Source: a virus. Taken from it: 38,398 nt of DNA. Position 1 is the first letter of the stretch. Each line of letters begins with the position of its first letter. The notes below the pieces were generated by a model, which saw only the letters and a program-made list of their open reading frames with translations, had not been told where the DNA came from and did no database searches. Location: IMG/VR virus record IMGVR_UViG_3300028677_000001; one strand, 5' to 3'. Positions 1-7,941 of this stretch are shown in pieces. A program made the translations under genes and the position numbers.

Positions 1-127
1 GAGAATGATTATCTTCTGCCGCTCCAGTTCGATATCGCGCGGGACGCACTCATCCTCCGCCGTCGGCGCGGCGGCCAGCACCAGAAGAAACGCGGCCAGC
101 GCGAAAATGACGAACTCACGTAACATC
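1..127. repeat. Terminal direct repeat, left copy (identical to 38272..38398); circular-closure overlap
   Basis: nt 1-127 (gagaatgattatcttctgcc...gaactcacgtaacatc) recur base-for-base as the last 127 nt of the window. Confidence 0.97.
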
Positions 128-568
128 GGACCATAAACCTCCATACATCGCCTCCTGATACCAAGAGGCGACGTCAAAGCCCGGGCACGCCTTGGTCACG
201 CCCGGCAGGTCGCGGTGTCCCAAAAGCCGCGCCTGCGGATAGCGTCCGGCCAGCTCCAACACCAGTTTTTTCAGCGCCGCCCACTGCGCGGGGGTAAAAT
301 TGTCCGTGCCGATCAGGCAGACGCCCAGCGAATGACCATTGTGCCCCGCCGCGTGCGCGCCGACTTCCTCTTCGGCGCGGCCGGTGTGAATTTCGCCGTC
401 GATATAAATCACGTAATGGTAACCGATTGACGTCAGCTCCGGATTCACCCGCGGATAGACACGGCGGAAACCGCGCCGGCGGTGCCACTCATCAATATCG
501 TTCACGCTGATATGTCGGCCGTTGGGCGTGGCCGCGCAGTGAATAACAATCAGATTAATCTCGCGCAT
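116..568 (-). CDS. N-acetylmuramoyl-L-alanine amidase endolysin (T7-lysozyme/PGRP, Amidase_2-like)
   Basis: 150-aa ORF with IVIHCAAT near the N-terminus, GYHYVI, HAAGHNGHSLGV and C-terminal KACPGFD, the pattern of zinc amidases of the T7 lysozyme family. GGGGAG SD lies upstream of ATG 568. Confidence 0.88.
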   Translation of the reverse strand: MREINLIVIHCAATPNGRHISVNDIDEWHRRRGFRRVYPRVNPELTSIGYHYVIYIDGEIHTGRAEEEVGAHAAGHNGHSLGVCLIGTDNFTPAQWAALKKLVLELAGRYPQARLLGHRDLPGVTKACPGFDVASWYQEAMYGGLWSDVT

Positions 569-580
569 GTGTTCTCCCCG

Positions 581-802
581 CTATTTCGGCACATCACACC
601 CCTTGATGTGGTGCATCGTTTCAATCGCCTGGACGCGGTTTTCGATCTTGTTTTTCGCCGCAAAAAGCTCGTCGTGCTCCTTTGTGTTATCCGCGCACAT
701 ATCGGTCACCTTCTTATTGACCGCCTTCAGGTTCGCCAAAATCAACGCCTGCAAAAAAGCGATCAGCCCGCCCACCAGTGTGACCCATAAGGTTTCAGTC
801 AT
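581..802 (-). CDS. Small membrane protein, holin candidate (one N-terminal TM helix plus charged coiled tail)
   Basis: Internal ATG at 802 of the 581..1111 ORF is preceded by GAGGAGG. The 73-aa product MTETLWVTLVGGLIAFLQALILANL... sits directly upstream of the amidase. The longer 176-aa N-terminal extension is Arg/Trp-rich and overlaps the previous gene. Confidence 0.5.
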   Translation of the reverse strand: MTETLWVTLVGGLIAFLQALILANLKAVNKKVTDMCADNTKEHDELFAAKNKIENRVQAIETMHHIKGCDVPK

Positions 803-815
803 TGCCGTGACCTCC

Positions 816-1322
816 TCAAAATAGTTGCGGATCATCCAGGTGCGCGGCGCACTCGGCTCTGATCTCGCTTTCGGTGATGTCAAAATTGTCAAAACTCCAG
901 CGGTTTTCAATATCCTCCACCGAAACATTCTCGCGCCGTCCGCGCAGGCGACGCGCCACGGCCAGATCGGGATCCGCCATGCGCCAGTGCGCGCCGTCAA
1001 AACGCACAGAGGCCACGCGTACGCGCGGATTCTCCGCATAGTTATGCAGGCCGACGCCCCACCAGACGCCCAGCCCCGCCTTGACAATGATTGGCTTCTG
1101 GTAATTGGCATTCCCGCCCGCGGTGCGGTTGGGATCGCCGTGCCTTCTCAGCCACAGGGCGGGCAGCGTCGGATCCAGGTCCATCTCCGTGCGGTGGCGG
1201 TAAATCTGCCAGAAATCGGCGTAAATCAGATTGCCGTCGGCTTCGGCCAGCGCCTCGCGCGGCTCGCGCCCGTCGGCCTCGGTCGGCTCCTGAATGGTGG
1301 TTATGACGATGAACTTGCGCAC
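816..1322 (-). CDS. Hypothetical protein, last gene of the glycosyltransferase block
   Basis: Likely GTG start at 1322 preceded by GGAGGAG; the ATG at 1373 would overlap the upstream gene by 73 nt. The N-terminus KFIVITTIQEPT loosely resembles the first strand of nucleotide-sugar transferase folds. No firm family recognised. Confidence 0.5.
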   Translation of the reverse strand: MRKFIVITTIQEPTEADGREPREALAEADGNLIYADFWQIYRHRTEMDLDPTLPALWLRRHGDPNRTAGGNANYQKPIIVKAGLGVWWGVGLHNYAENPRVRVASVRFDGAHWRMADPDLAVARRLRGRRENVSVEDIENRWSFDNFDITESEIRAECAAHLDDPQLF

Positions 1323-2047
1323 TTTTTCTCCTCCAGCAAATCCAGATAAACCTGATAATCGCGCGGGATCCATTTTTTGAGCTGATCGCGCGAATCATTA
1401 TCGTGCTCGCGGTAACTGGCCGGCTTATGCCCAATGCCGATGCCGTTTCGTCCCGGCAGTCCTTTCATACCGACGTAGAGCGGATTGGCCTCGTCGTTGA
1501 AAACAAGCGTCTTTTTCTTTTTTTCTTCCGTGTCGCGCGCCGCGCGCCAGAGGCGGTCATCCAGCCAGTATTTTTCCATGCCCTGCGCGACGCAGTGCGC
1601 CACCAGCGGCGTTAACTCGGCGCGGTAAGCCGTCTGCGCCAGCGAGGCGTGATTCATGTTCGCGTGCTGCGTGTAGCCGCCCGTGGGCAGGTGGTAATAT
1701 TTTGAGCAGCCGATGCCGACCAGCTGGTAATCGAATAATTGATGATTGAGGCACTCGATATATTCGGGCGCGTAGTATTCATCATCCTCGATGAAAAAAA
1801 TCCTGTCGCCCCGGACGTAAGACAGGGCGCAATCGATATTGACCACCAGCGTGTGTTTGGGATCGTCCGGCCGCGGCTCGCGCCGGATGTATTGCACGTA
1901 AGGCTCGTCAAATTTAATTTCCAGCAGCTCGCGGCCGTCGTCGATAATAATCCACTGATCCGGTTTCAGCGTCTGCGCGGCAATCCAGCGGCGGCACAGA
2001 TCAAAAGCGGTATGTCGGTCGCCCGTGGGCGTGATCGCGGTAATCAT
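1301..2047 (-). CDS. GT-A fold (family 2-like) glycosyltransferase
   Basis: ITAITPTGDR...QWIIIDDG followed by DRIFFIEDDEYYAPEY (DxD-type acidic motif), typical of GT-A glycosyltransferases. ATG 2047 overlaps the upstream stop as ATGA. The track start at 2059 is a GTG. Confidence 0.7.
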   Translation of the reverse strand: MITAITPTGDRHTAFDLCRRWIAAQTLKPDQWIIIDDGRELLEIKFDEPYVQYIRREPRPDDPKHTLVVNIDCALSYVRGDRIFFIEDDEYYAPEYIECLNHQLFDYQLVGIGCSKYYHLPTGGYTQHANMNHASLAQTAYRAELTPLVAHCVAQGMEKYWLDDRLWRAARDTEEKKKKTLVFNDEANPLYVGMKGLPGRNGIGIGHKPASYREHDNDSRDQLKKWIPRDYQVYLDLLEEKKCASSSS

Positions 2048-2604
2048 TGAGTCAGCCACTCCTCGGTCGGCGCGCCTAAAAGCTGGCGCGGGTAGCCGGA
2101 CATCGCCCGGACCTTGTCTTTTATTTTATCCAGGCGCGCGTCCCAGCCTTTCTGGAAGCGCGCGTATCCCTTATCCGTCAGCGGACAGCCGCAGACGATG
2201 ATTTTTTTATAACCCATGCCGATGGACGCCTCGACGCCCAGCATCGCGGACGAGCCCGAAGGCGCGAAATACGGCCAGACACGGTGCCCCAACTCGGGGC
2301 GGCAGTGCGTGTGCGTCTGATAATCAAGATTGCCGCCCGCCGCGGCGCGCCGCTCCTTAAATCCAGGAATCGTCTGACTATTCTTCACAAACGATGTGAA
2401 TTCCCGCGGATGATAGGAAACCGCGTGATCAATGCGCCCCAGATAGCGGTCGGCACAATCAAGCCCCACGGCCAGAAAATCATAACGGCGCGCGCCCGGA
2501 TCAACATCCGGAAAAGCTTGAGCGTCTATCGCGCTGAAGTTTTCCAGATCTTCCTCCAGGCATGGCGCCGTGCCGAGAATAATCATCATCTTGCGCTCGG
2601 CCAT
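2044..2604 (-). CDS. DUF115/MptE-like (Maf / sialyltransferase-like) putative glycosyltransferase
   Basis: MMIILGTAPCLEED resembles the GxGPSL motif. AVGLDCADRYLGRIDHAVSYHP and SGSSAMLGVEASIGMGYKKIIVCGCPL resemble the conserved blocks of DUF115/Maf-type transferases. The assignment is by eye only. Confidence 0.45.
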   Translation of the reverse strand: MAERKMMIILGTAPCLEEDLENFSAIDAQAFPDVDPGARRYDFLAVGLDCADRYLGRIDHAVSYHPREFTSFVKNSQTIPGFKERRAAAGGNLDYQTHTHCRPELGHRVWPYFAPSGSSAMLGVEASIGMGYKKIIVCGCPLTDKGYARFQKGWDARLDKIKDKVRAMSGYPRQLLGAPTEEWLTQ

Positions 2605-2609
2605 CGCTT

Positions 2610-2822
2610 TTACCTGCCTTTTTTTTTGCGTGCGGGAGGCGCGGGCGCTTTTTCCGCGGCGGTAATTTCAATCCCCGCCGCGCCTTGCGTCAGCGCGCTC
2701 AATAATTTATCCCCGGTCAATCCGGCGATGGGCGATAATCCCTCAAGCAGCACTTCGCCCGTCTGGCGCATCTTGCCCGCCAGCGGCCAGGGACGATCCA
2801 GTCTGATGATAACTTTTTGCAT
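2610..2822 (-). CDS. Hypothetical 70-aa protein with a basic C-terminus
   Basis: ORF with a GAGG SD 5 nt upstream of ATG 2822. It is the first gene after the capsid-gene hairpin. No recognisable motif. Confidence 0.45.
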   Translation of the reverse strand: MQKVIIRLDRPWPLAGKMRQTGEVLLEGLSPIAGLTGDKLLSALTQGAAGIEITAAEKAPAPPARKKKGR

Positions 2823-2842
2823 GCGAGCCTCGTTTTGTTAAA

Positions 2843-2874
2843 CGCGCTCCCGCGCGGGCGGGAGCGCGTTTTTT
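2843..2874. terminator. GC-rich hairpin downstream of the major capsid gene; the canonical T6 tail is on the plus (antisense) strand
   Basis: CGCGCTCCCGC-(4 nt)-GCGGGAGCGCG, an 11-bp stem, followed by TTTTTT on the plus strand. On the minus (gene) strand it is preceded by A6 and followed only by TTTAAC. Confidence 0.6.
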
Positions 2875-2896
2875 AGTTAAGCTCCGCGGCGCGGGC

Positions 2897-3868
2897 TTAG
2901 CTCAATGTCGCCTTGGCGGCATATTGCCAGTAGCCGTAACCGACGTTGCAGATCCTCTTGACGCCGTAGAGGTATTCGTTGTTTTTGAACGCGTGCTCGG
3001 AACCTTCCGCGATAGCGTCCACGGAAAGCGGCTCTTCCTCCTGGCGGATGAAGGGCTTGGCCGGCGCGTCGGTGCGGAACACGAAAAACGCCGTGGTGCC
3101 GGTCAGGCGCGGATTGCACACAGCCTGGACGTTGAAGCCCTGCTCGCGCGCGGCATTGGCCAGGACGTTATCGTAGGCGCCGGTGGCGGCGTTGATGATC
3201 TTGCCGTAAACCGCGCCCATGGCCGCGCCCATCATGTTCGTGGGCACCATCACCAGAAACGACTTGGCGCTGGCGTTGATCGGCTCGCCCTGGTCATCCT
3301 TGAACCCGTACATGTGCTGAATAACGCCCAGCACAGCCGCGTTCATCTCCGCCACGGTCGGGGCGGCCGCGGTGCCCACGTTGAGATCCGCCACGTCGGA
3401 GGCGACCAGATTGTTCGTCTGCGTGCCGGAATCGCCCTCGGAATGATCCGTATCGAAGAAATACTGTCCGTCGTAGCAGTTGCCGTACGTCGAGCCGTTG
3501 CCGGAATTGATCAGGTTGGAGACCAGCTTGCTGTCGAGCTCGGCGGCGCGGCCGGCGAACTCCTGAATGCGGACATTGATCTGCCCGGTTTTGTCGCGCC
3601 GGATCCAATCCACCGGGATGACCAGCGTGCCTTCCCACGTTTTATTCTTGATATCGATGCCGTTGGCGCGCAGCCCCTTGGCCTGCCGGCCGCCGATCCA
3701 CTCGCGCAGAGCGGGCGTCATGCCCAGCCACTTGTAGGTTTCGGTCTCCATGTCGGAATTGCCGAAAAACATGGAGATCGGCGCAATCCAGTTGGAGCCG
3801 GTATACGCTTCCAGCGCGGCGTAAAAATTGCCGATGATCGCTCGCGATCCTAAAGTTTCTAAACCCAT
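2897..3868 (-). CDS. Major capsid protein, Mu gpT-like family
   Basis: YKWLGMTPALREWIGGRQ, CYDGQYFFDTDH and EYLYGVKRICNVGYGYWQYAAK match the hallmark blocks of Mu-like major head subunit gpT as I recall them. Strong GAGGAGG SD. Confidence 0.9.
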   Translation of the reverse strand: MGLETLGSRAIIGNFYAALEAYTGSNWIAPISMFFGNSDMETETYKWLGMTPALREWIGGRQAKGLRANGIDIKNKTWEGTLVIPVDWIRRDKTGQINVRIQEFAGRAAELDSKLVSNLINSGNGSTYGNCYDGQYFFDTDHSEGDSGTQTNNLVASDVADLNVGTAAAPTVAEMNAAVLGVIQHMYGFKDDQGEPINASAKSFLVMVPTNMMGAAMGAVYGKIINAATGAYDNVLANAAREQGFNVQAVCNPRLTGTTAFFVFRTDAPAKPFIRQEEEPLSVDAIAEGSEHAFKNNEYLYGVKRICNVGYGYWQYAAKATLS

Positions 3869-3962
3869 TTTATTTTCCTCCTCGTTCTTTTGTTGTCTTT
3901 AATTGCAGACAACGCGGTCAGTCACCGCCTCGCGCGCGTCGTGTTTACTTTTTCACCCGCGA

Positions 3963-4361
3963 TTAATGATTGTAGGATTTGAACTCAATCACGCAGGTGT
4001 TGGCCGCAACATAGCGGTGCACTTTACCGACCAGCGAATTGCCGGAGCTGTCCAGCGTGAAGGTGCCGTCATCGCTCATATATACGTCATCTCCGACGTT
4101 GGTCACCGCGACGCCCGTAAGGGTAATCTGCATTTTGCCTTTGTCGCGGACTTTAACGGAAGCCGCGCCGTCCGTGGCCACGGCATTGACGGCTTTCTCG
4201 ATGCAAAAGCCCTGGAATTCGTCGCCCGCCACCAGCGCGCGCGCGTAGCCGGAGGTCAAACCGACCGCCGATCCTTCGTAAATTGTCACGCTGCGATACA
4301 TGGGCAGCACGTTGATGTCGCCCAGCTCGTAGCTTCTGGGAGTATCTGCTGATAAGGCCAT
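3963..4361 (-). CDS. Head decoration / cement protein (DUF2190-like)
   Basis: 132-aa Gly/Val-rich beta-type protein between the protease/scaffold and major capsid genes (the lambda gpD position). AGGAGG SD. The sequence style matches the DUF2190 family. Confidence 0.55.
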   Translation of the reverse strand: MALSADTPRSYELGDINVLPMYRSVTIYEGSAVGLTSGYARALVAGDEFQGFCIEKAVNAVATDGAASVKVRDKGKMQITLTGVAVTNVGDDVYMSDDGTFTLDSSGNSLVGKVHRYVAANTCVIEFKSYNH

Positions 4362-4437
4362 TTTTTAGCCCTCCTTTTTGAATTTTAATTTTTATGCGTT
4401 TGGCCGTTCACCGCCGGCGATGTCTGCCGCTCAAGAG

Positions 4438-5919
4438 TTATTCCTGCCCCTTGATGCGGACGTTTTTCTCGTTCTTTTTGAATGCCAGAAACGCCGCGTA
4501 TCCGCCGAAAGCGAATTCTTTGCGGATATTTTCGTCCGCGTCCCATTGCGCCTTGGCGCGCTCCTCGACGGGAATGGTCTCGTCATCCGCCTTGGCCTGC
4601 GCTTTTTGTTTCGCTTCTGCGGCCTGGCGTTTGGCCTCTTCATCCTCGATGGCCTTGCCATCGGTGGCGGGGATTTTCAAGCTCTTGCCATCCTCGGCCA
4701 GCGCCGCGAGTTTGTTTTCCTTGAGCGCCTTTTCGGCGACGACCAGCTTCTTGGCGGTTTCCTCGACCGAGGTTCCGGAAGCGATGGCTTCTTCGATTAT
4801 TTTTTCGTGCCCGGGAATGGCGAGCGTCTGGATTTCCTTGATGCGGGCGCGTTCTTTTTCCGCGCCGGATTTCTCCGCCGCCGCCACCTGCGCCGTGAGC
4901 GCCGCTTTTTCCTGCGCGTGCCCCTCCTGCGCCGACGCGACAAGGACTTCAGCTTCGCTTTTTGCTTCAGCCCTGCCTTCATCAACCGCGGCTTTGTATA
5001 ACTCCGGGTATTTTTCTTTTAATGTTTTCAGGTCCACGTCTGTGTCCTCCTTTGCTTGATGATTGATTGCGTACATGCCCGGAGCACCGCCGGCCATTTT
5101 ATTGATGAGCCCTTCCATGGTGATGATGCCATCGGCCAGCCCGGCATCAACCGCCTGCTGCCCGAAAAAGATTTTTCCATCGGCCATAGTCAGGGCGTCC
5201 TCCACAAACACGCCGCGGTTGCGCGCGACGTCGTTGACAAAAACCGAATAAAGATAATCCACCTCGTCCTGCAGCGTCTGACGGCCCTCCGGAGAGAGCG
5301 GCGCGTTTTCCGAATAGATGCGCTTGTATTTGCCCGCCGTGATTTCCGTGACCTTGACGCCGTGCATTTCGTCCATTTTTGAATAATCGACATGCGTGGC
5401 GACCACGCCGATGGAGCCAGCCACAACCGTGCCACCGGATAAATAAACTTTGTCCGCCGCCGAGGCGATCCAGTAAGCCGCGGAGGTCACCTGCCCGTCG
5501 GAATAGGCAACGATCGGCTTTTTGCCGCGCGCGGCGTAAATTTTTTCCGCCAGCTCCTGCGTGCCGTCCACCGTGCCGCCGGGGCTGTCGATGGATAAAA
5601 GAATCGAGCCCGTGGCGTCATCGGCCAGCGCGGCTTCGAGGGCGGCGGCGATTTCCGGCGTGGTGGTGCCGCCGAATAAAAACGAGAAAAAGGAAAGCTT
5701 CTTGGTCAGGACGCCCTCCACGTCGATTATGGCCACGCCGTTTTGCAGGCGGTACAGGGGCGCGTCCTTGGCGCGCTTGGAGGAGATGCCCAGCTTCGCC
5801 TCAATGTTTTTCCAGTCGATTTTTTCGCCCGCGAAATGCGCGCGATAAATCGATTTTATTTCCGCCAGTTTTTCCGGCGCGATCGCCCAGGGGCTGGTCA
5901 GGACATCAAGTATCTTCAT
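4438..5919 (-). CDS. Head maturation protease (S49/SppA, lambda gpC-like) with C-terminal Ala/Glu/Lys-rich scaffold domain
   Basis: LSIDSPGGTVDG and SDGQVTSAAYWIASAADKVY are S49 peptidase motifs. The C-terminal ~200 aa are coiled-coil-like (AEAKSEAEVL...KQKAQAKADDE). Confidence 0.9.
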   Translation of the reverse strand: MKILDVLTSPWAIAPEKLAEIKSIYRAHFAGEKIDWKNIEAKLGISSKRAKDAPLYRLQNGVAIIDVEGVLTKKLSFFSFLFGGTTTPEIAAALEAALADDATGSILLSIDSPGGTVDGTQELAEKIYAARGKKPIVAYSDGQVTSAAYWIASAADKVYLSGGTVVAGSIGVVATHVDYSKMDEMHGVKVTEITAGKYKRIYSENAPLSPEGRQTLQDEVDYLYSVFVNDVARNRGVFVEDALTMADGKIFFGQQAVDAGLADGIITMEGLINKMAGGAPGMYAINHQAKEDTDVDLKTLKEKYPELYKAAVDEGRAEAKSEAEVLVASAQEGHAQEKAALTAQVAAAEKSGAEKERARIKEIQTLAIPGHEKIIEEAIASGTSVEETAKKLVVAEKALKENKLAALAEDGKSLKIPATDGKAIEDEEAKRQAAEAKQKAQAKADDETIPVEERAKAQWDADENIRKEFAFGGYAAFLAFKKNEKNVRIKGQE

Positions 5920-7564
5920 CGTCGTCCTCCTCTTTTGTGTCGTCGCTTTCCGCTTTTACTTTTCCGGGCAATAGCGCGGCGGCTCTCTGCTGTTTGTTTT
6001 CTTCGGTCAGCGCCGGATGCATCATGCCGAACTTTTCCAGGTGTTTAATCTCGCGCGCAATCTGCGGTATTTTCTTCTCCGTGTCGCCGCCGGTCAAAAG
6101 CGTGGTCTCCTCAGCCAGTGTGGAAATCTTCGCGCCCATTCTTTCCTTGGCGGCCTCGATATCCTTCGCCGGATCGATATAGCCGGGCGCGTCGCCCACC
6201 CATTCCGTGCCGCAGTAGGCCTTGCGGATCATGTCGTCCGCAAAAAAGCCGGGCGCGCTGACGCGGCCCGCGGCGATGGCCTCAAAAAGCCAGGTTTCAT
6301 AAACAGGCTGACAGAAATTGGCGGCGAGCCACACGCGGCGATTCTTGAAAAAACGCCACGCCTCCAAAAGCGCCGCGCGCGACGCGGAATAAGACGAGCT
6401 GAAATGACGGATGATTATTTCGTAGGGTATGCCCAGCGCCGTGCCGATCTGCTCGAGAATCGCCGTAACAAATAAATCAAAATTCTGATTCGGGCGTTTG
6501 GGATCGGCAAACTTCACGTCATCGCCCTTGCCCAAACCAACAATGTTGCCGGAGGCGAGCTTGATATCCGTGTCCGCGGCGGAAGCGCCGGTTTCCACGC
6601 CGAGACCCGTGTTATCCCAGGGAAGCCCGCCGCCGGGCGTGGTGACAAACACGGTGAACATGGAAGAGATGACCGCGGCCATGAGCTCGGCCTCGGAATA
6701 GCGATCCAGCATTTTCAAGGGCTCAATCACGGGCGCCAGAAACGGCACGCCGCGCGTCTGGCCCGGGCGCTGGATGTTGTAAAGATGAATGACATTGGGC
6801 TGGCCGGAAGCGCCGCCGAAAGCCGGCACCTTCGTCCATTTGTATTTTTTCGCGTCGATCACCGGCGCGTAGGGATGCTGATCCAGAATGTGGTAGGCGA
6901 CCGGCGCGCCGCGTTCGTCCTTTTCCACGCCCTCCATGAGCGTGGTGGTGTTTCTGGCCAGGTTGGGATTGCCGACGCGGTCGGCCTCGATGAGCTGCAG
7001 CTTGAGCAGATATGGCGAGCCGGGACGCTTGAAACGCGGCAGCAGCGCAAACACTTCGCCGTTTTCCAGCGTCTGGCGGAAAGCTAGCTCCTGAATGCCC
7101 GCAAAGGTGAGCTGACGGGCGCAATCGCATTCGCGCGCTTCGGCGAAGAGCCGCCATTCGCGCTCGGTTTTATCTTCCCATTCGTCCGCCTCGTCATCGG
7201 AAATATTGAGCGCCTTGCGGTCGATGCGCGCCTGGAGCTTCAATCCCGTGCCGACGACATTCATCAGCGTGGTGTTCACCGCGCCGCAGGCTACCGGCGC
7301 GTTGCGCAGTAAATCGCGGCTGCGGACGCGCAGCGTGGCCAGATCGTAAATGATATCGGCGTCGGCATCGCCCGCCAGCGGATTCCATTCCTGCGTCGCG
7401 CGGCGTTTTTTCGACGCGCCGATATATGAGCCCACCAAAGCCATCGCCCTTAACTGCAGGCGCGCGCGTTCGCGTCTGGCCTGCCAGCCCGGGGCGATCA
7501 CGGAAATCGTGCGGTCAATGCGCTTGGCCCAGTCGGACGCTTTATCGCGGGGAGCTTCTTTCAT
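5906..7564 (-). CDS. Portal protein, lambda gpB family
   Basis: 552 aa. Sits between gpW and the S49 protease as in lambda, overlaps both neighbours, and has an acidic C-terminal tail. Overall resemblance to lambda-family portals. Confidence 0.85.
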   Translation of the reverse strand: MKEAPRDKASDWAKRIDRTISVIAPGWQARRERARLQLRAMALVGSYIGASKKRRATQEWNPLAGDADADIIYDLATLRVRSRDLLRNAPVACGAVNTTLMNVVGTGLKLQARIDRKALNISDDEADEWEDKTEREWRLFAEARECDCARQLTFAGIQELAFRQTLENGEVFALLPRFKRPGSPYLLKLQLIEADRVGNPNLARNTTTLMEGVEKDERGAPVAYHILDQHPYAPVIDAKKYKWTKVPAFGGASGQPNVIHLYNIQRPGQTRGVPFLAPVIEPLKMLDRYSEAELMAAVISSMFTVFVTTPGGGLPWDNTGLGVETGASAADTDIKLASGNIVGLGKGDDVKFADPKRPNQNFDLFVTAILEQIGTALGIPYEIIIRHFSSSYSASRAALLEAWRFFKNRRVWLAANFCQPVYETWLFEAIAAGRVSAPGFFADDMIRKAYCGTEWVGDAPGYIDPAKDIEAAKERMGAKISTLAEETTLLTGGDTEKKIPQIAREIKHLEKFGMMHPALTEENKQQRAAALLPGKVKAESDDTKEEDDDEDT

Positions 7565-7776
7565 ACGGGCGTGCCTCCCTTGATCGCGATGCCGCCGCGG
7601 TCCAGCGACTGCACCATATCATTCCAGTAGGTGATGTTTTCTCTGATTTCCCGCGCGTTCGCGCGGCTAAGCGACCGGCCGCCGATGGTGTAAGACTGGC
7701 CCGCGGCCACGGCGGTATCCGCCGCCAGCCATTCCGCCAGTTTCGCCTCGGCCTGCGCCAAAGTGATTCCCGCCAT
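7561..7776 (-). CDS. Head-tail joining protein gpW-like
   Basis: 71 aa, LAQAEAKLAEWLAA...GQSYTIGGRSLSRANAREIRENITYWN, the gpW-family pattern. ATGA overlap with the portal start. Confidence 0.8.
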   Translation of the reverse strand: MAGITLAQAEAKLAEWLAADTAVAAGQSYTIGGRSLSRANAREIRENITYWNDMVQSLDRGGIAIKGGTPV

Positions 7777-7871
7777 TAACGTATCCTCATTTTTCTCGCT
7801 CCCAGAAAGTTAAAAAACACAAGATACAGCTATGCCTTAATTGGTTAACACCCTATCATGTGTTTTTGGCG

Positions 7872-7941
7872 GATTCGGCCGATTCGGCCATATTTGGGGT
7901 ATTTTTAGGGTATATTTGGGGTATATTTGGGGTATATTTTT
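7872..7941. repeat. Short tandem repeats in the AT-rich terL-gpW gap: 2x GATTCGGCC, then 4 phased copies of GGG(G)TAT(A/T)TTT
   Basis: ggattcggccgattcggcc at 7871-7889. ggggtattttt / agggtatattt / ggggtatattt / ggggtatattt at 7896-7941 with about an 11-bp period. Confidence 0.9.

Noticed and set aside
581-1111. Full 176-aa ORF, and the overlapping 130-aa and 174-aa ORFs in the 816-1434 region.
   Set aside because: Only the C-terminal 73 codons, from the SD-preceded ATG at 802, look like a real membrane protein. The rest is Arg/Trp/Ala-rich and overlaps the better-supported 816-1322 gene.
5379-6182. Long plus-strand ORFs opposite the structural genes. Examples: 5379-6182 (267 aa), 4378-5059, 2924-3853, 26163-27281 (372 aa), 29925-30620, 31085-31768 and 37238-38200.
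   Set aside because: The products are Arg/Pro/Ala/Gly-rich and low-complexity, with no SD sequences. They fully overlap minus-strand genes that have strong family motifs. These are typical shadow ORFs of GC-rich DNA.
7896-7941. Possibility that the GGGGTATATTT tandem repeats form a CRISPR array.
   Set aside because: The repeat unit is about 11 bp with no unique spacers between copies, and no cas genes are present. It is a simple phased tandem repeat.
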